Origin: Phormidesmis sp.
GTDB taxonomy: Bacteria; Cyanobacteriota; Cyanobacteriia; Leptolyngbyales; Leptolyngbyaceae
Assembly (NCBI GenBank): GCA_965248535.1
Contig: CBDFJR010000002.1
Location: 928,001 to 992,000, forward strand
Reading direction: 5' to 3'
Length of the DNA stretch: 64,000 nucleotides
In this document: positions 18,789 to 28,888 of the stretch, piece after piece
Layout of the letters: every line of letters begins with the position of its first letter
Numbering within the stretch: position 1 is the first letter of the stretch
Program-made: the position numbers and the translations under genes
Notes under the pieces: generated by a model
Databases searched by the model: none
What the model was told of the DNA's origin: nothing
The model's input: the letters and a program-made list of their open reading frames with translations, nothing else

Positions 18789-21539
18789 TTGTCTCAGACT
18801 AAGATTCGCCGCACCTGGCTTCCTCATATTATTTTAGGAGGAACGTTATTTTTAACGCTGCTCTCTTCTAGCTATGCTGCGATCAGTGGCAGAGTGCGAG
18901 ATCAGTTGCAGTTTGAAAATGCTGTACAGCTAAGTCAAAGCGAGATTCAAAACCGTCTTGAGACCTATACGGCTCTGCTGCGGGCGGGCAGTGGCTTATT
19001 TGCAGCCAATGAGCAGGTCAGCCGATCGCAGTTTAGCGCCTATGTCAACCGCTTGAGGCTGCGCCAGCGCTATCCGGGGGTGCTGGGCATCGGCTATGCC
19101 CAGCGAATTTCATCGGCCGATTTAGAAGGGTCGGTGGCAGCGATTCGTCGAGAGATGCCAAAATTTGAGATCAGACCCGATCGTCCCCTCCGAGACGACT
19201 ATTTCCCGATCGTCTATATCGAACCCGCAGAGCCGCGCAATCAGAAAGCGATCGGCTTTGATATGTTTTCGGAGATAACCCGACAAACGGCGATGGAGCG
19301 GGCACGAGATTTAGGTGACCCCGCCGCCTCTGGGCGAGTGATCTTAGTTCAAGAAGTTGAGGCGACCAAGCAAGCCGGATTTTTGCTCTATCTGCCCGTC
19401 TATCGAGGCGGCGGCATTCCTGAGACCGTCAGCGATCGTCGGGCCGCCTTAAAAGGATTTGTCTACAGTCCCTTTAGAGCCGATGATCTGCTCAAAGGCA
19501 TCTTTGACGGCAAAGAGCCGCTGCCTATAGACTTTGAAGTTTATGATGGCACTGAGTTGCGTGCTGAAAATCTGCTGCACCGCTTTAATTCACCCAGTCA
19601 AGCGCCAAAATTCACCACGACTCGCACCTTTGAAATCGCAGGACGCAACTGGACTCTAGTCTTTGTCTCGCGCCCCGAATTGGGATCAGACTCACGATCG
19701 CAGCAAGCCCCTCTGATTTTGGGCGGCGGCGTGATTTTGAGTTTTGTGCTGTTTGGGGTGACCCGTGCCCAAGTGCAGGCAAGACTTGCGGCCGAGCGGG
19801 CGGCGGCAGATCTTCGCAAGTCAGAGGCGGCGCTGCGGCTGAGTGAGGCCCGACTGCAACGCCTCGTAGATGCCAATGGGCAAACCAATCAACGGCTGGG
19901 TTTTTTATATGCCATGTCGAGCAGTCTGCTTATTCATCAGCAGCCGAGCCAGTTTATCAGCAGCTTATTTAGTCAACTCTCGCAGCAGTTGAAGCTAGAA
20001 GTCTATATTAATCATCTGTTTGACTCCGATCGCCAAATGCTGCACCTGCATTCTCATAGCGGCATCTCTGAGGCTGACGCGTCAACCGTTGAGTGGCTAG
20101 CGTTGGGGCAGTCGATCTGTGGAGCGGTGGCTCAAACGCGATCGCCGATCGTGCTAGAGCGAGTGCAGCAAACCAAGTCTCCCCAAGCTGAGTTGGCCCG
20201 CTCGATCAGAGTCACCGCCTATGCCTGCTATCCGCTATTAGCTCGAAATCAGTTAATGGGCACGCTGGCCTTTGGCACTCGCAATCGATCTAGCTTTGAC
20301 ACTGACGAACTGGCGTTGATGCTGGTGGTCTGCGATCAGGTTGCAACCGCGCTAGAACGGGCCAAACTCTTAGCCCAATTGCAGCAGCAAACCGAAGAGC
20401 TAAAGCAAGCCAATCGCATGAAAGACGAGTTTTTGGCGATGCTGTCTCACGAGCTTCGCACCCCGCTTAACGCCATGCTGGGGTGGATCACCATGCTGCG
20501 AACTCGTCACCTTGACGCAGCCACCACTACACGAGCGTTAGAAAGCATCGATCGCAACACGAAATCCTTGGCGCAACTGATCGAAGATGTGCTAGAAGTG
20601 TCGCGAATTATCACAGGCAAACTGCGGCTAAAGTTGAGTCGGGTATCTCTCGCTCAAGTCATGGTGGGCGCGATCGAGACTGTGCGAGCTAGCGCAGAGG
20701 CTAAAGAGATTCAGATTGAGTCGTTTAGTGATGCGACAGTGCCCCCGATCGTAGGAGATGCGACCCGACTTCAGCAGGTGATTTGGAACTTGCTCTCCAA
20801 CGCGATTAAGTTTACGCCCCAAGGCGGCCGCATAGAGATGACGTTGGTCAGTGAAGACAACCACGCCAAAATTACGGTCACAGACACCGGACAGGGCATC
20901 AGCGCTGACTTTTTGCCCTATGTTTTTGATCGCTTTCGGCAGGCAGACAGTTCGACGACGCGATCGTATGGCGGGCTGGGGTTGGGGCTAGCGATCGTGC
21001 ATCACATCGTGGAACGACACAACGGCACGATCGCTGCCGACAGTCCCGGAGAAGACCAGGGAGCTACGTTTACGGTGCGGCTGCCGCTTGAGCCACCAGA
21101 CAATGCCGTTTCTGTGGCTGAAACTGCGCCTGTTGATGTTCTGCCCAACCCATCAATTCCGGGTTCGACGCTTAGAGGCGTTCGGGTTTTGTTAGTAGAT
21201 GACGAAACCGATGCCCGCGAATTGGTGACGACAGCGCTAGCGCCTTCAGGGGCGATCGTCACCGCCGTCTCTAGCGCCAAAGCGGCCCTGGCCGAGATAT
21301 CGCAGCATTTGCCCGATCTGCTGATCAGCGATATTGGGATGCCCGAAGCCGATGGCTATGCGCTGATTCGCCAACTTCGTGCTCTGAGCTACGAGATTCC
21401 GGCGATCGCCCTAACGGCCTATGCCGGGGGTGAAAATCGAGACCACGCGATCGCGGCGGGCTTTCAGCAGCATTTAGAAAAACCCTTTAACCCAGACGAA
21501 TTAGTCGCGATCGCATCCAGTCTGGTAAACAAACCTTAA
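18789..21539 (+). CDS. Hybrid sensor histidine kinase: CHASE-GAF-HisKA-HATPase-REC
   Basis: Two TMs flanking CHASE (YIEP..NQKAIGFDM), GAF (AYACYPL..GTLAFG), FLAMLSHELRTPL, NLLSNAIKFT, GLGLGL, REC LLISDIGMPEADG. Confidence 0.92.
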   Translation: MSQTKIRRTWLPHIILGGTLFLTLLSSSYAAISGRVRDQLQFENAVQLSQSEIQNRLETYTALLRAGSGLFAANEQVSRSQFSAYVNRLRLRQRYPGVLGIGYAQRISSADLEGSVAAIRREMPKFEIRPDRPLRDDYFPIVYIEPAEPRNQKAIGFDMFSEITRQTAMERARDLGDPAASGRVILVQEVEATKQAGFLLYLPVYRGGGIPETVSDRRAALKGFVYSPFRADDLLKGIFDGKEPLPIDFEVYDGTELRAENLLHRFNSPSQAPKFTTTRTFEIAGRNWTLVFVSRPELGSDSRSQQAPLILGGGVILSFVLFGVTRAQVQARLAAERAAADLRKSEAALRLSEARLQRLVDANGQTNQRLGFLYAMSSSLLIHQQPSQFISSLFSQLSQQLKLEVYINHLFDSDRQMLHLHSHSGISEADASTVEWLALGQSICGAVAQTRSPIVLERVQQTKSPQAELARSIRVTAYACYPLLARNQLMGTLAFGTRNRSSFDTDELALMLVVCDQVATALERAKLLAQLQQQTEELKQANRMKDEFLAMLSHELRTPLNAMLGWITMLRTRHLDAATTTRALESIDRNTKSLAQLIEDVLEVSRIITGKLRLKLSRVSLAQVMVGAIETVRASAEAKEIQIESFSDATVPPIVGDATRLQQVIWNLLSNAIKFTPQGGRIEMTLVSEDNHAKITVTDTGQGISADFLPYVFDRFRQADSSTTRSYGGLGLGLAIVHHIVERHNGTIAADSPGEDQGATFTVRLPLEPPDNAVSVAETAPVDVLPNPSIPGSTLRGVRVLLVDDETDARELVTTALAPSGAIVTAVSSAKAALAEISQHLPDLLISDIGMPEADGYALIRQLRALSYEIPAIALTAYAGGENRDHAIAAGFQQHLEKPFNPDELVAIASSLVNKP

Positions 21540-21652
21540 GCTGCGGCTCGCTCAACAAAGCTGCATCTATCGATAGAGGGTTAAATCAGAAGTCTGACCT
21601 ATCCTACAGGTAGATTTCTCACCCACGTCTACGCCGTTACGCCTTTGTTTCC

Positions 21653-24064
21653 ATGTATGAACTGGTTCACGCTGTCATTAACAGTGACGAAAAAATAGAT
21701 CTCCATCAGGTGATCGAGGCGCTCTCCACTTCAGAAAAGCGCTACTTCTTGAGAACTGAGATTCTGCAAACCTTCGCAGATTATTGCCACAAATTCCAAA
21801 AACCGGCCTACTTTTTTCATGCCTCCTCGATCGGGGAGTTGATGAACCACACCCACGAGATTATTCTTCAAGACGGTGAAACCTGGCTTTTGCTCAGACC
21901 GTGGATCGGCAGTCAACAGATTTGGCGGTTGAGCGCTGATTTTAGCCAGTTTGCAAAGATGACCCCCGAAGCGTTGTTGGAGGTGCGCGATCGCTTTGTC
22001 GATCGCGTTCAGCCTCGCATTCTAGAACTGGATCTGCGGCCGTTTTATAAAGATTCTCCTACCATTCGCGACCCTAGAAATATCGGGCAAGGGTTAGCGT
22101 TTCTCAATCGCTATCTGTGCGATGAGTTGCTCAACGATGCAGACTATTGGCTAGAGGCGTTGTTTAATGTGCTGCATCTCAGCCGTTATGACGCGATTCA
22201 GCTATTGATTAACGATCGCATTCCGTCGGGTCAAGCTATGGCAGCGCAAGTTAAGCAAGCGCTGCGGTTTTTGCGGCTGCGGGCCGAAGACGAGCCTTAT
22301 CGCGAAGTGCATCAACACCTGCAAGAGCTAGGATTTGAGCCAGGGTGGGGCAACACCGCCGGGCGCGCCTCTGACACGCTGGAACTGCTCGATCGCTTGA
22401 TCACCAGCCCTGAGCCTGCGATTTTAGAAGCGTTCGTCAGCCGCATTCCGGCTACGTTTCGGGTGGTGCTCGTCTCGATTCATGGCTGGATCGGGCAAGA
22501 AAGCGTTTTGGGTCGCCCCGAAACCACCGGACAGGTAGCCTATGTTTTAGATCAAGCCCGCAGCCTAGAAAACAGACTGCAAGACGACATCCGGCTGGCG
22601 GGGCTAGACTTGCTCAACATTCAGCCGCAGGTGGTGATTTTGACGCGCCTGATTCCCAACTGTGAGGGCACTCAGTGCGCTGTGCGGCTGGAAAAAGTGG
22701 ATGACACCGAAAACGCCTGGATTTTGCGCGTGCCGTTTAGAGAATTTAACCCCAAAGTCACTCAAAACTGGATGTCTAAATATGAGATTTGGGGCTATCT
22801 AGAAAGTTTTGCGATCGATGCCGAAGCCGAAATTCTCAAACAGTTGGGCAGCAGCCCCAATTTAATTATTGGCAACTACAGCGATGGCAATTTGGTTGCG
22901 TTTCTATTATCGCGCCGTCTCAAATCGATTTACTGCACCATTGCTCATTCTCTCGAAAAACCAAAACGGCTGTTTAGCAATCTCTATTGGCAAGATCTCG
23001 AAGATCAGTATCATTTTTCTGCCCAATTTACAGCAGATTTGATTACGATGAATGCGGCGGATTTCATTGTCACGTCTTCTTATCAAGAAATTGTAGGAAC
23101 ACCGAACGCCATGGGTCAATATGAATCCTATAAATGCTTTACGATGCCCCGGCTTTATCATGTGGTGGATGGCGTTGATCTGTTTAGCCCCAAATTTAAT
23201 CGGGTGCCGCCCGGCGTGAATGAGAAGTTTTTCTTCCCTTATAGTCAGGCAGACGATCGCTATGTGGGCTTGCAGAGCCGCATCGATCAGTTGCTGTTTG
23301 TGCGTCAAGATGCGACGGCGATCGGGGCCCTGTCCGATCCACACAAGCGCCCAATTCTCGCTCTTGCACCTCTAACGGCGCTCAAAAATCTAACGGGCTT
23401 GGCGGAAAGTTTTGGCAAAAGTCAAGACCTTCAGAACCACTGCAATCTGATCATCGTGACGAACAATCTAGACCCCAATCAGTCCAGAAATTCTCTAGAA
23501 GCTGAGGAGATCAAAAATCTACACGCCATTTTGGAGACCTATCATTTGCACGATCGGGTGCGGTTGATTGGGATGCAGTTCACGAGTTTAGAATTGGGCG
23601 AGATTTATCGCACGATCGCCGATCGCCAAGGAATCTACGTCCAGCCCGCCCATTTTGAAGCGTTTGGACGCACCATTTTAGAAGCAATGATTTCGGGGTT
23701 GCCGACCTTTGCGACTCAGTTTGGGGGCGCGTTAGAAATCATTAATGACAAAGAAAATGGGTTTCATATCAATCCCACTAATCAAGCAGAAATGGTTCAC
23801 GAAATCTTAAATTTTGTCACCCAGTGCGAAACCGACCCATCGGTTTGGAAAACGATCTCCGATCGGGCGATTAAGCGAGTGCAAGAGCAATATAGCTGGC
23901 AATTACACACCCAGCAGTTGCTTTTGTTGGCAAAAATTTATGGCTTTTGGAACTTTGTTTCTGGCGACGATCGCGAAGCCCTGCTGCGCTATCTAGACGC
24001 GCTATTCTATCTGTTGTATAAGCCAAGAGCCGACTTGATTTTAGAAGCCCACGGGCAGCGCTAA
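21653..24064 (+). CDS. Sucrose synthase family GT4 glycosyltransferase (divergent, SusB-like)
   Basis: GFEPGWGNTAGR, VVILTRLIPN, LIIGNYSDGNLVA, IAHSLEK, EAFGRTILEAMISGLPTFATQFGG. Confidence 0.88.
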   Translation: MYELVHAVINSDEKIDLHQVIEALSTSEKRYFLRTEILQTFADYCHKFQKPAYFFHASSIGELMNHTHEIILQDGETWLLLRPWIGSQQIWRLSADFSQFAKMTPEALLEVRDRFVDRVQPRILELDLRPFYKDSPTIRDPRNIGQGLAFLNRYLCDELLNDADYWLEALFNVLHLSRYDAIQLLINDRIPSGQAMAAQVKQALRFLRLRAEDEPYREVHQHLQELGFEPGWGNTAGRASDTLELLDRLITSPEPAILEAFVSRIPATFRVVLVSIHGWIGQESVLGRPETTGQVAYVLDQARSLENRLQDDIRLAGLDLLNIQPQVVILTRLIPNCEGTQCAVRLEKVDDTENAWILRVPFREFNPKVTQNWMSKYEIWGYLESFAIDAEAEILKQLGSSPNLIIGNYSDGNLVAFLLSRRLKSIYCTIAHSLEKPKRLFSNLYWQDLEDQYHFSAQFTADLITMNAADFIVTSSYQEIVGTPNAMGQYESYKCFTMPRLYHVVDGVDLFSPKFNRVPPGVNEKFFFPYSQADDRYVGLQSRIDQLLFVRQDATAIGALSDPHKRPILALAPLTALKNLTGLAESFGKSQDLQNHCNLIIVTNNLDPNQSRNSLEAEEIKNLHAILETYHLHDRVRLIGMQFTSLELGEIYRTIADRQGIYVQPAHFEAFGRTILEAMISGLPTFATQFGGALEIINDKENGFHINPTNQAEMVHEILNFVTQCETDPSVWKTISDRAIKRVQEQYSWQLHTQQLLLLAKIYGFWNFVSGDDREALLRYLDALFYLLYKPRADLILEAHGQR

Positions 24065-24100
24065 TCTCTCTATAAACCTCCTCTACCCAATGTCGTGACG

Positions 24101-27058
24101 ATGGCTAACCCAGTTTCTACTTCACCTTTTATCTATAAAGATTGGCTGCTGATCGAGCCGAGCTTTGAGCCTAATCAACTCCATCATCGAGAAACGGTCT
24201 TCACGATCGGCAACGGTTATTTAGGAACACGGGGCACCTTTGAGGAGGGCTATCCCCGTGCGTCGCCATCTACTTTGATCAACGGCGTTTATGACAGCGT
24301 TCCGGTGATGTATACCGAGTTGGTCAACTGCCCCGATTGGCTGCCGCTAGTGGTGATCATCAACGGCGATCGCTTTCGGATGGATCAGGGCGAGGTGTTG
24401 AGCTATGAGCGCCGATTGGATCTACATCGGGGGCTGTTGAGTCGCTCCATCCGGTGGCGCAGTCCGGGGGGCAAAACGGTTGATTTGAATTTTGAACGGT
24501 TTGCCAGTCTCGCCGATCAGCACGTCTTAGCACTGCGATGTCAGGTTACGCCGATCGATTTTGACGGCTTTATCGAGGTGCAGGCGAGCATCAATGGCTA
24601 TCCCGAAAATCAGGGATTTAACCATTGGGAATGGCTCAATCAGGGCAAAACCGAGCACGGAGTTTGGCTGCAAGTGCGAACTCGTAGCTCTCGCATTGAG
24701 CTAGCGATGGCATCGGGCATCACGCTGTCGGGAGCCGAGGCTTCTCAGCAGGGGTCGAGCACTCCGGGCTATCCCACCTTGGCGGCTAGTTTTATGGCGA
24801 CCACGGGACAAACGGTGACGATCGAGAATCTGCTCACGGTGTTTACCTCGCGAGAAGTCGAGTCGCCCGTCACCATTGCCCAAGAAAAACTCGCGGATCT
24901 ACCCGACTATGCGACGCTGTTAGCCGCTCACGAGCAAGCCTGGAGCCAAACCTGGGAAACTAGCGATATTGTGATTGAGGGCGATGTCAGAGCGCAGCTT
25001 GCGGTGCGATATAACCTGTTTCAAATGTCGATCGCGGCTCCTCGTCACGACGATCGGGTCAGCATTCCGGCTAAAACGCTATCGGGATTTGGCTATCGCG
25101 GTCATGTTTTTTGGGACACCGAAATTTTCATTCTGCCGTTCTTTATTTACACGCAGCCCGCGATCGCCCGCAATCTGCTCAATTATCGCTATCACACGCT
25201 GCCGGGTGCTCGACGCAAAGCGGCCTACTACGGTTATAAAGGGGCAATGTTTGCCTGGGAGAGCGCTGACACGGGCGATGAAGTCACGCCACGCTGGGCC
25301 TCGCCCAATGACCCCTATGCCGAAGATATTCGGATCTGGTGTCGCGATCGGGAGATTCACATCAGCGCCGACATCGCCTATGGCGCTTGGTATTATTGGC
25401 AGGCGACGGGCGACGATGAATGGATGCGCGACTGTGGGGCAGAGTTGATTCTCGACACGGCGGTGTTTTGGCGCAGTCGAGTCGAATGGAACACCAAACA
25501 GGAACGCTATGAGATTCGCGAGGTGATTGGCGCAGACGAATATCACGAACACGATGTGCACAACAGCGCGTTCACCAACCGCATGGCCCAATGGCATCTC
25601 GAAAAGGCCCTGTTTGTGTTTGATTGGTTGTTTACTCACTATCCCGATAAAGCGATCGAGCTACAAAAAACGCTGCAACTGACATCTGAGCGGCGATCGC
25701 GCTGGCAAGACATTATCAATAATCTGTTCATTGCTTACGACTCAACAACAGGTCTGATTGAAGAGTTTGAAAACTTCTTTAAGATCGAAGATATTAATTT
25801 AGCTGACTATGAGCCGCGCACAAAATCCATGCAGTCTATTTTGGGCATTGATGGAGCCAATAAGCGGCAAGTGCTCAAGCAGCCCGATGTGCTGATGCTG
25901 ATCTATTTGATGCGTCAGTCGCGAGAGTTTCCTTACGATCCTAAAATTCTCAAAACTAATTGGGACTATTACGCCCCGCGCACCGATATTACCTATGGTT
26001 CGTCGCTGGGGCCGGCCATTCATGCGATCTTGGCCTCTGATTTAGGCGATGTGCAAGAGGCTTCCGATCGCTTCTGGCAAGCCGTTTTAGTCGATATTGA
26101 AGACACCAGAGGCAACGCTGCCGAAGGCATTCATGGCGCGTCTGCGGGGGGCATTTGGCAAGTGCTGGTCTGGGGGTTTGGCGGCGTAAAGCTGACGGAA
26201 AAGGGCCCGATCGCTCATCCTCATCTGCCGCCTCACTGGACTCGCCTAAAATTTAAGCTGCATTGGCGCGACCAATGGCACGAATTCGATCTAAAGAATG
26301 AAATTCACACCACGGATGTAACACAATCGACCATGACAGAGTTAACCAATTCTCCATCAATTTCCACAACGCAAAATGCTTCCGGCGTGCAGGGGTTTAT
26401 TTTTGACTTAGATGGCGTGCTCACCGACACCGCAGAGTTTCACTATCGGGCGTGGCAGCGATTGGCAGACGAAGAAAAGCTCCCCTTTGATCGCCAAGCC
26501 AACGAGGCGCTGAGAGGCGTGTCTCGTCGAGAATCGCTGCTTAAGATTACGGGGGACAGACCCTATTCTGAAGCCCAACTGCAAGCGATGATGGAGCGCA
26601 AAAACCATTACTACGTGGAGTCGATTCAAGATATTTCTCCGGCCGACCTGTTGCCCGGAGCGCGAGAGTTACTCACTGAATTGCGACAAGCTGGGATCAA
26701 GATTGCCCTGGGTTCAGCCAGCAAAAATGCCCGTCCGGTGATTGAGAAATTAGGCATCGCCGATTTAATGGATGCGATCGCCGATGGTCACAGCGTAGAG
26801 CGCCCAAAACCAGCCCCAGATCTTTTCCTGTTCGCCGCCGATCAGCTAGGCTTGCAGCCTGCCCAGTGTGTGGTCGTCGAAGATGCAGCCGCCGGAATCG
26901 AAGCCGCGATCGCCGCCAAAATGTTAGCGATCGGGTTAGGTCCCGTTGAGCGCGTGGGCGAGGCAGACCTCGTTTTGCCCAGTCTAGAAGGCGTTCACTG
27001 GGCAGACCTGCAAGTGAAATTAGGGGCCGTGAGACAACAGCCTGCGCCTTTTAAGTAA
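24101..27058 (+). CDS. GH65 disaccharide phosphorylase fused to beta-phosphoglucomutase
   Basis: ETVFTIGNGYLGTRG, GYRGHVFWDTE, GADEYHE, KQPDVLML, GSSLGP; C-terminal HAD FIFDLDGVLTDTAE, KPAPDLF, VEDAAAG. Confidence 0.92.
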   Translation: MANPVSTSPFIYKDWLLIEPSFEPNQLHHRETVFTIGNGYLGTRGTFEEGYPRASPSTLINGVYDSVPVMYTELVNCPDWLPLVVIINGDRFRMDQGEVLSYERRLDLHRGLLSRSIRWRSPGGKTVDLNFERFASLADQHVLALRCQVTPIDFDGFIEVQASINGYPENQGFNHWEWLNQGKTEHGVWLQVRTRSSRIELAMASGITLSGAEASQQGSSTPGYPTLAASFMATTGQTVTIENLLTVFTSREVESPVTIAQEKLADLPDYATLLAAHEQAWSQTWETSDIVIEGDVRAQLAVRYNLFQMSIAAPRHDDRVSIPAKTLSGFGYRGHVFWDTEIFILPFFIYTQPAIARNLLNYRYHTLPGARRKAAYYGYKGAMFAWESADTGDEVTPRWASPNDPYAEDIRIWCRDREIHISADIAYGAWYYWQATGDDEWMRDCGAELILDTAVFWRSRVEWNTKQERYEIREVIGADEYHEHDVHNSAFTNRMAQWHLEKALFVFDWLFTHYPDKAIELQKTLQLTSERRSRWQDIINNLFIAYDSTTGLIEEFENFFKIEDINLADYEPRTKSMQSILGIDGANKRQVLKQPDVLMLIYLMRQSREFPYDPKILKTNWDYYAPRTDITYGSSLGPAIHAILASDLGDVQEASDRFWQAVLVDIEDTRGNAAEGIHGASAGGIWQVLVWGFGGVKLTEKGPIAHPHLPPHWTRLKFKLHWRDQWHEFDLKNEIHTTDVTQSTMTELTNSPSISTTQNASGVQGFIFDLDGVLTDTAEFHYRAWQRLADEEKLPFDRQANEALRGVSRRESLLKITGDRPYSEAQLQAMMERKNHYYVESIQDISPADLLPGARELLTELRQAGIKIALGSASKNARPVIEKLGIADLMDAIADGHSVERPKPAPDLFLFAADQLGLQPAQCVVVEDAAAGIEAAIAAKMLAIGLGPVERVGEADLVLPSLEGVHWADLQVKLGAVRQQPAPFK

Positions 27059-27086
27059 CTTAACAGTCAAATTTAGGACTGAGTAG

Positions 27087-27128
27087 TGCGATCGTTTCTG
27101 AATTAAATTTCAGTAGAAGCGATCGCAA
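27087..27128. terminator. Hairpin between convergent genes, arms built on HIP1
   Basis: TGCGATCGTTTCT...AGAAGCGATCGCA inverted repeat after the GH65 stop, at the edge of the AT-rich island. Confidence 0.45.
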
Positions 27129-27220
27129 GTTGTATGAATGGCTAGTCCGTCTTTTTAATTACCAATAAACCAAAACGAACATCGATTCGATATCTCTACT
27201 CACTACAGAAAATGGTCTGA

Positions 27221-27802
27221 CTACCTCTGAACCATAGTTTCAGAATCATCAGGACGCAAATACTTAATAGCAAATTTGGTGATAAATAAATACCAACCTT
27301 TATCAGTCAATGAATGTTTTCGAGAAACGTCATCTTCTTCAATTCTTTTCTCAATTCGCTGTCTAGGCAACGTCGTCGGATGACTTAAATCAACAACCCA
27401 TTCATCTCCTGTGAGACACTTTCCCAGGAAAAGAAAGTCAAAAACAGTATTCTTAGGTATATCTTTGTATGCGCTTAATTGTTTCAAATCAGTCAGCATG
27501 ATACAAGGACAAAGAACAATGTTCTCTTTTCTATCTAAATCACATGTGCTGTTCATGATCATGCCAGGAGCATTGAAAAAAACTGGTTCTCCTTCTTCAG
27601 ACCAACTGATGAATGGAATCGGGTCAAGAATATCACCCTGCGCCCAAATCGGAAGAGGATTTCTAATCATTTGAATTGTACCACTCTCCTCGGCATAAAA
27701 CTGCCGAAGGGACTGGTCAGGCTCCCTTAAAGGAGAGCCTGGTAGAATTGGGAATGCTTCATTGAAAAGTTTGATCAGTTCTCCAAGTGAAATGCCAGCC
27801 AT
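27221..27802 (-). CDS. Hypothetical protein, putative PemK/MazF-like fold
   Basis: AQGDIL, GMIMNSTCDL, IVLCP, VVDLS, SLTDKGWYLF..K pattern resembles PemK/MazF-like proteins; third gene of a coupled operon. Confidence 0.5.
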   Translation of the reverse strand: MAGISLGELIKLFNEAFPILPGSPLREPDQSLRQFYAEESGTIQMIRNPLPIWAQGDILDPIPFISWSEEGEPVFFNAPGMIMNSTCDLDRKENIVLCPCIMLTDLKQLSAYKDIPKNTVFDFLFLGKCLTGDEWVVDLSHPTTLPRQRIEKRIEEDDVSRKHSLTDKGWYLFITKFAIKYLRPDDSETMVQR

Positions 27803-27806
27803 GCTT

Positions 27807-28181
27807 CTAGAAACGTGGAATTCCAGGTTGTGATTTCGACAGGATAACCTTTCTTAAAATTTGTGCATCCTCATGGGACAAAGACATGCTTTTTCTTTGA
27901 AGCTCTGTACTAAAGGTAGTTATAGCAGTTTGCGATAAGCGCCTTGTTCTACGGAAAGAATATGCACCTATATCAGTTGAAACCGCCGAGCCAATAGAAA
28001 TTGATTGAGTGGGCAATGTTGAAGCTGAAGTCATAATAGTTGCAGCAAAAATTACTCCAGTTAACTGAAAAGATAGGTTATTATATGCGTCTGCAAGTCC
28101 TTTGCTTCCTGAAGGAACGTATTTTTCTGAAGAAGCTGAAGCTGAGTTAGTGCTTAAATTTTTGTCTGCATTAATGTTCAT
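27807..28181 (-). CDS. Small Ser/Thr-rich hypothetical protein
   Basis: 124 aa; ATGA overlap with the upstream gene and a 4-bp gap to the downstream gene support a real gene. Confidence 0.6.
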   Translation of the reverse strand: MNINADKNLSTNSASASSEKYVPSGSKGLADAYNNLSFQLTGVIFAATIMTSASTLPTQSISIGSAVSTDIGAYSFRRTRRLSQTAITTFSTELQRKSMSLSHEDAQILRKVILSKSQPGIPRF

Positions 28182-28888
28182 ACTCTTACTCCTTTTTCAT
28201 GTTGAGAAATCAGGTTTTGAAAGTTCTCCCATATAACGTCATGCGCTTTATCATTCCAGTCTAATATCATTTCGATGTCCCATGATTTCTGGGAAGAATT
28301 TAAGGACACATCTATGTCTAATATTAAATCCTTTGGCTCCACTGGAAACTGCACGTTAATACTTAAGAGAGTCCCTTCATCATCAAGCTTATTAATCTCC
28401 CTAAGCTGAAGAAGTTGCGTCCTGGAAATATCAGTATTTTGAAACGGAAGGTTAATGTTCAAAATTGAGGGCGGATAGTCAACGTTGGAGAACCTATTGA
28501 TATAACGAAGCCCTAGTCTATTAAGAGTAGATAGACTGACAAATTGTTCGGTGGCAGTTAGAATTTTCCTAATATTTTCAAGGAAGCTGGAAAAGCCTCT
28601 GTAGGAAACAGCATTGATACTCAATACATCGGTGCCCGTTTGAAATAGTAACGATTTATCAGAATTAGTAAAGCGGTGTTTCACTAACCCTGCCAGTTCA
28701 ACAATTTCAGGGATCTCAGCAGTCGGAAGCTTTTGAGTGACCGGAAACTCTTTTTGCTGAGACATTGCCATTCCTCCAGCGAACAGCGCATAATCACTTA
28801 CTGTTGGAAAGCGGATCTCAAAAACTGCTTCCTGCAAGGGAGGATTACGCCAAGGTTCATGATTTTTCACAATCTTTAACCACTGCAA
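28178..28888 (-). CDS. TIGR04255 family protein
   Basis: NPPLQEAVFEIRF, RLGLRYINRF and LILDIDV motifs typical of the family; start uncertain (28888 or 28870). Confidence 0.8.
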   Translation of the reverse strand: MQWLKIVKNHEPWRNPPLQEAVFEIRFPTVSDYALFAGGMAMSQQKEFPVTQKLPTAEIPEIVELAGLVKHRFTNSDKSLLFQTGTDVLSINAVSYRGFSSFLENIRKILTATEQFVSLSTLNRLGLRYINRFSNVDYPPSILNINLPFQNTDISRTQLLQLREINKLDDEGTLLSINVQFPVEPKDLILDIDVSLNSSQKSWDIEMILDWNDKAHDVIWENFQNLISQHEKGVRV

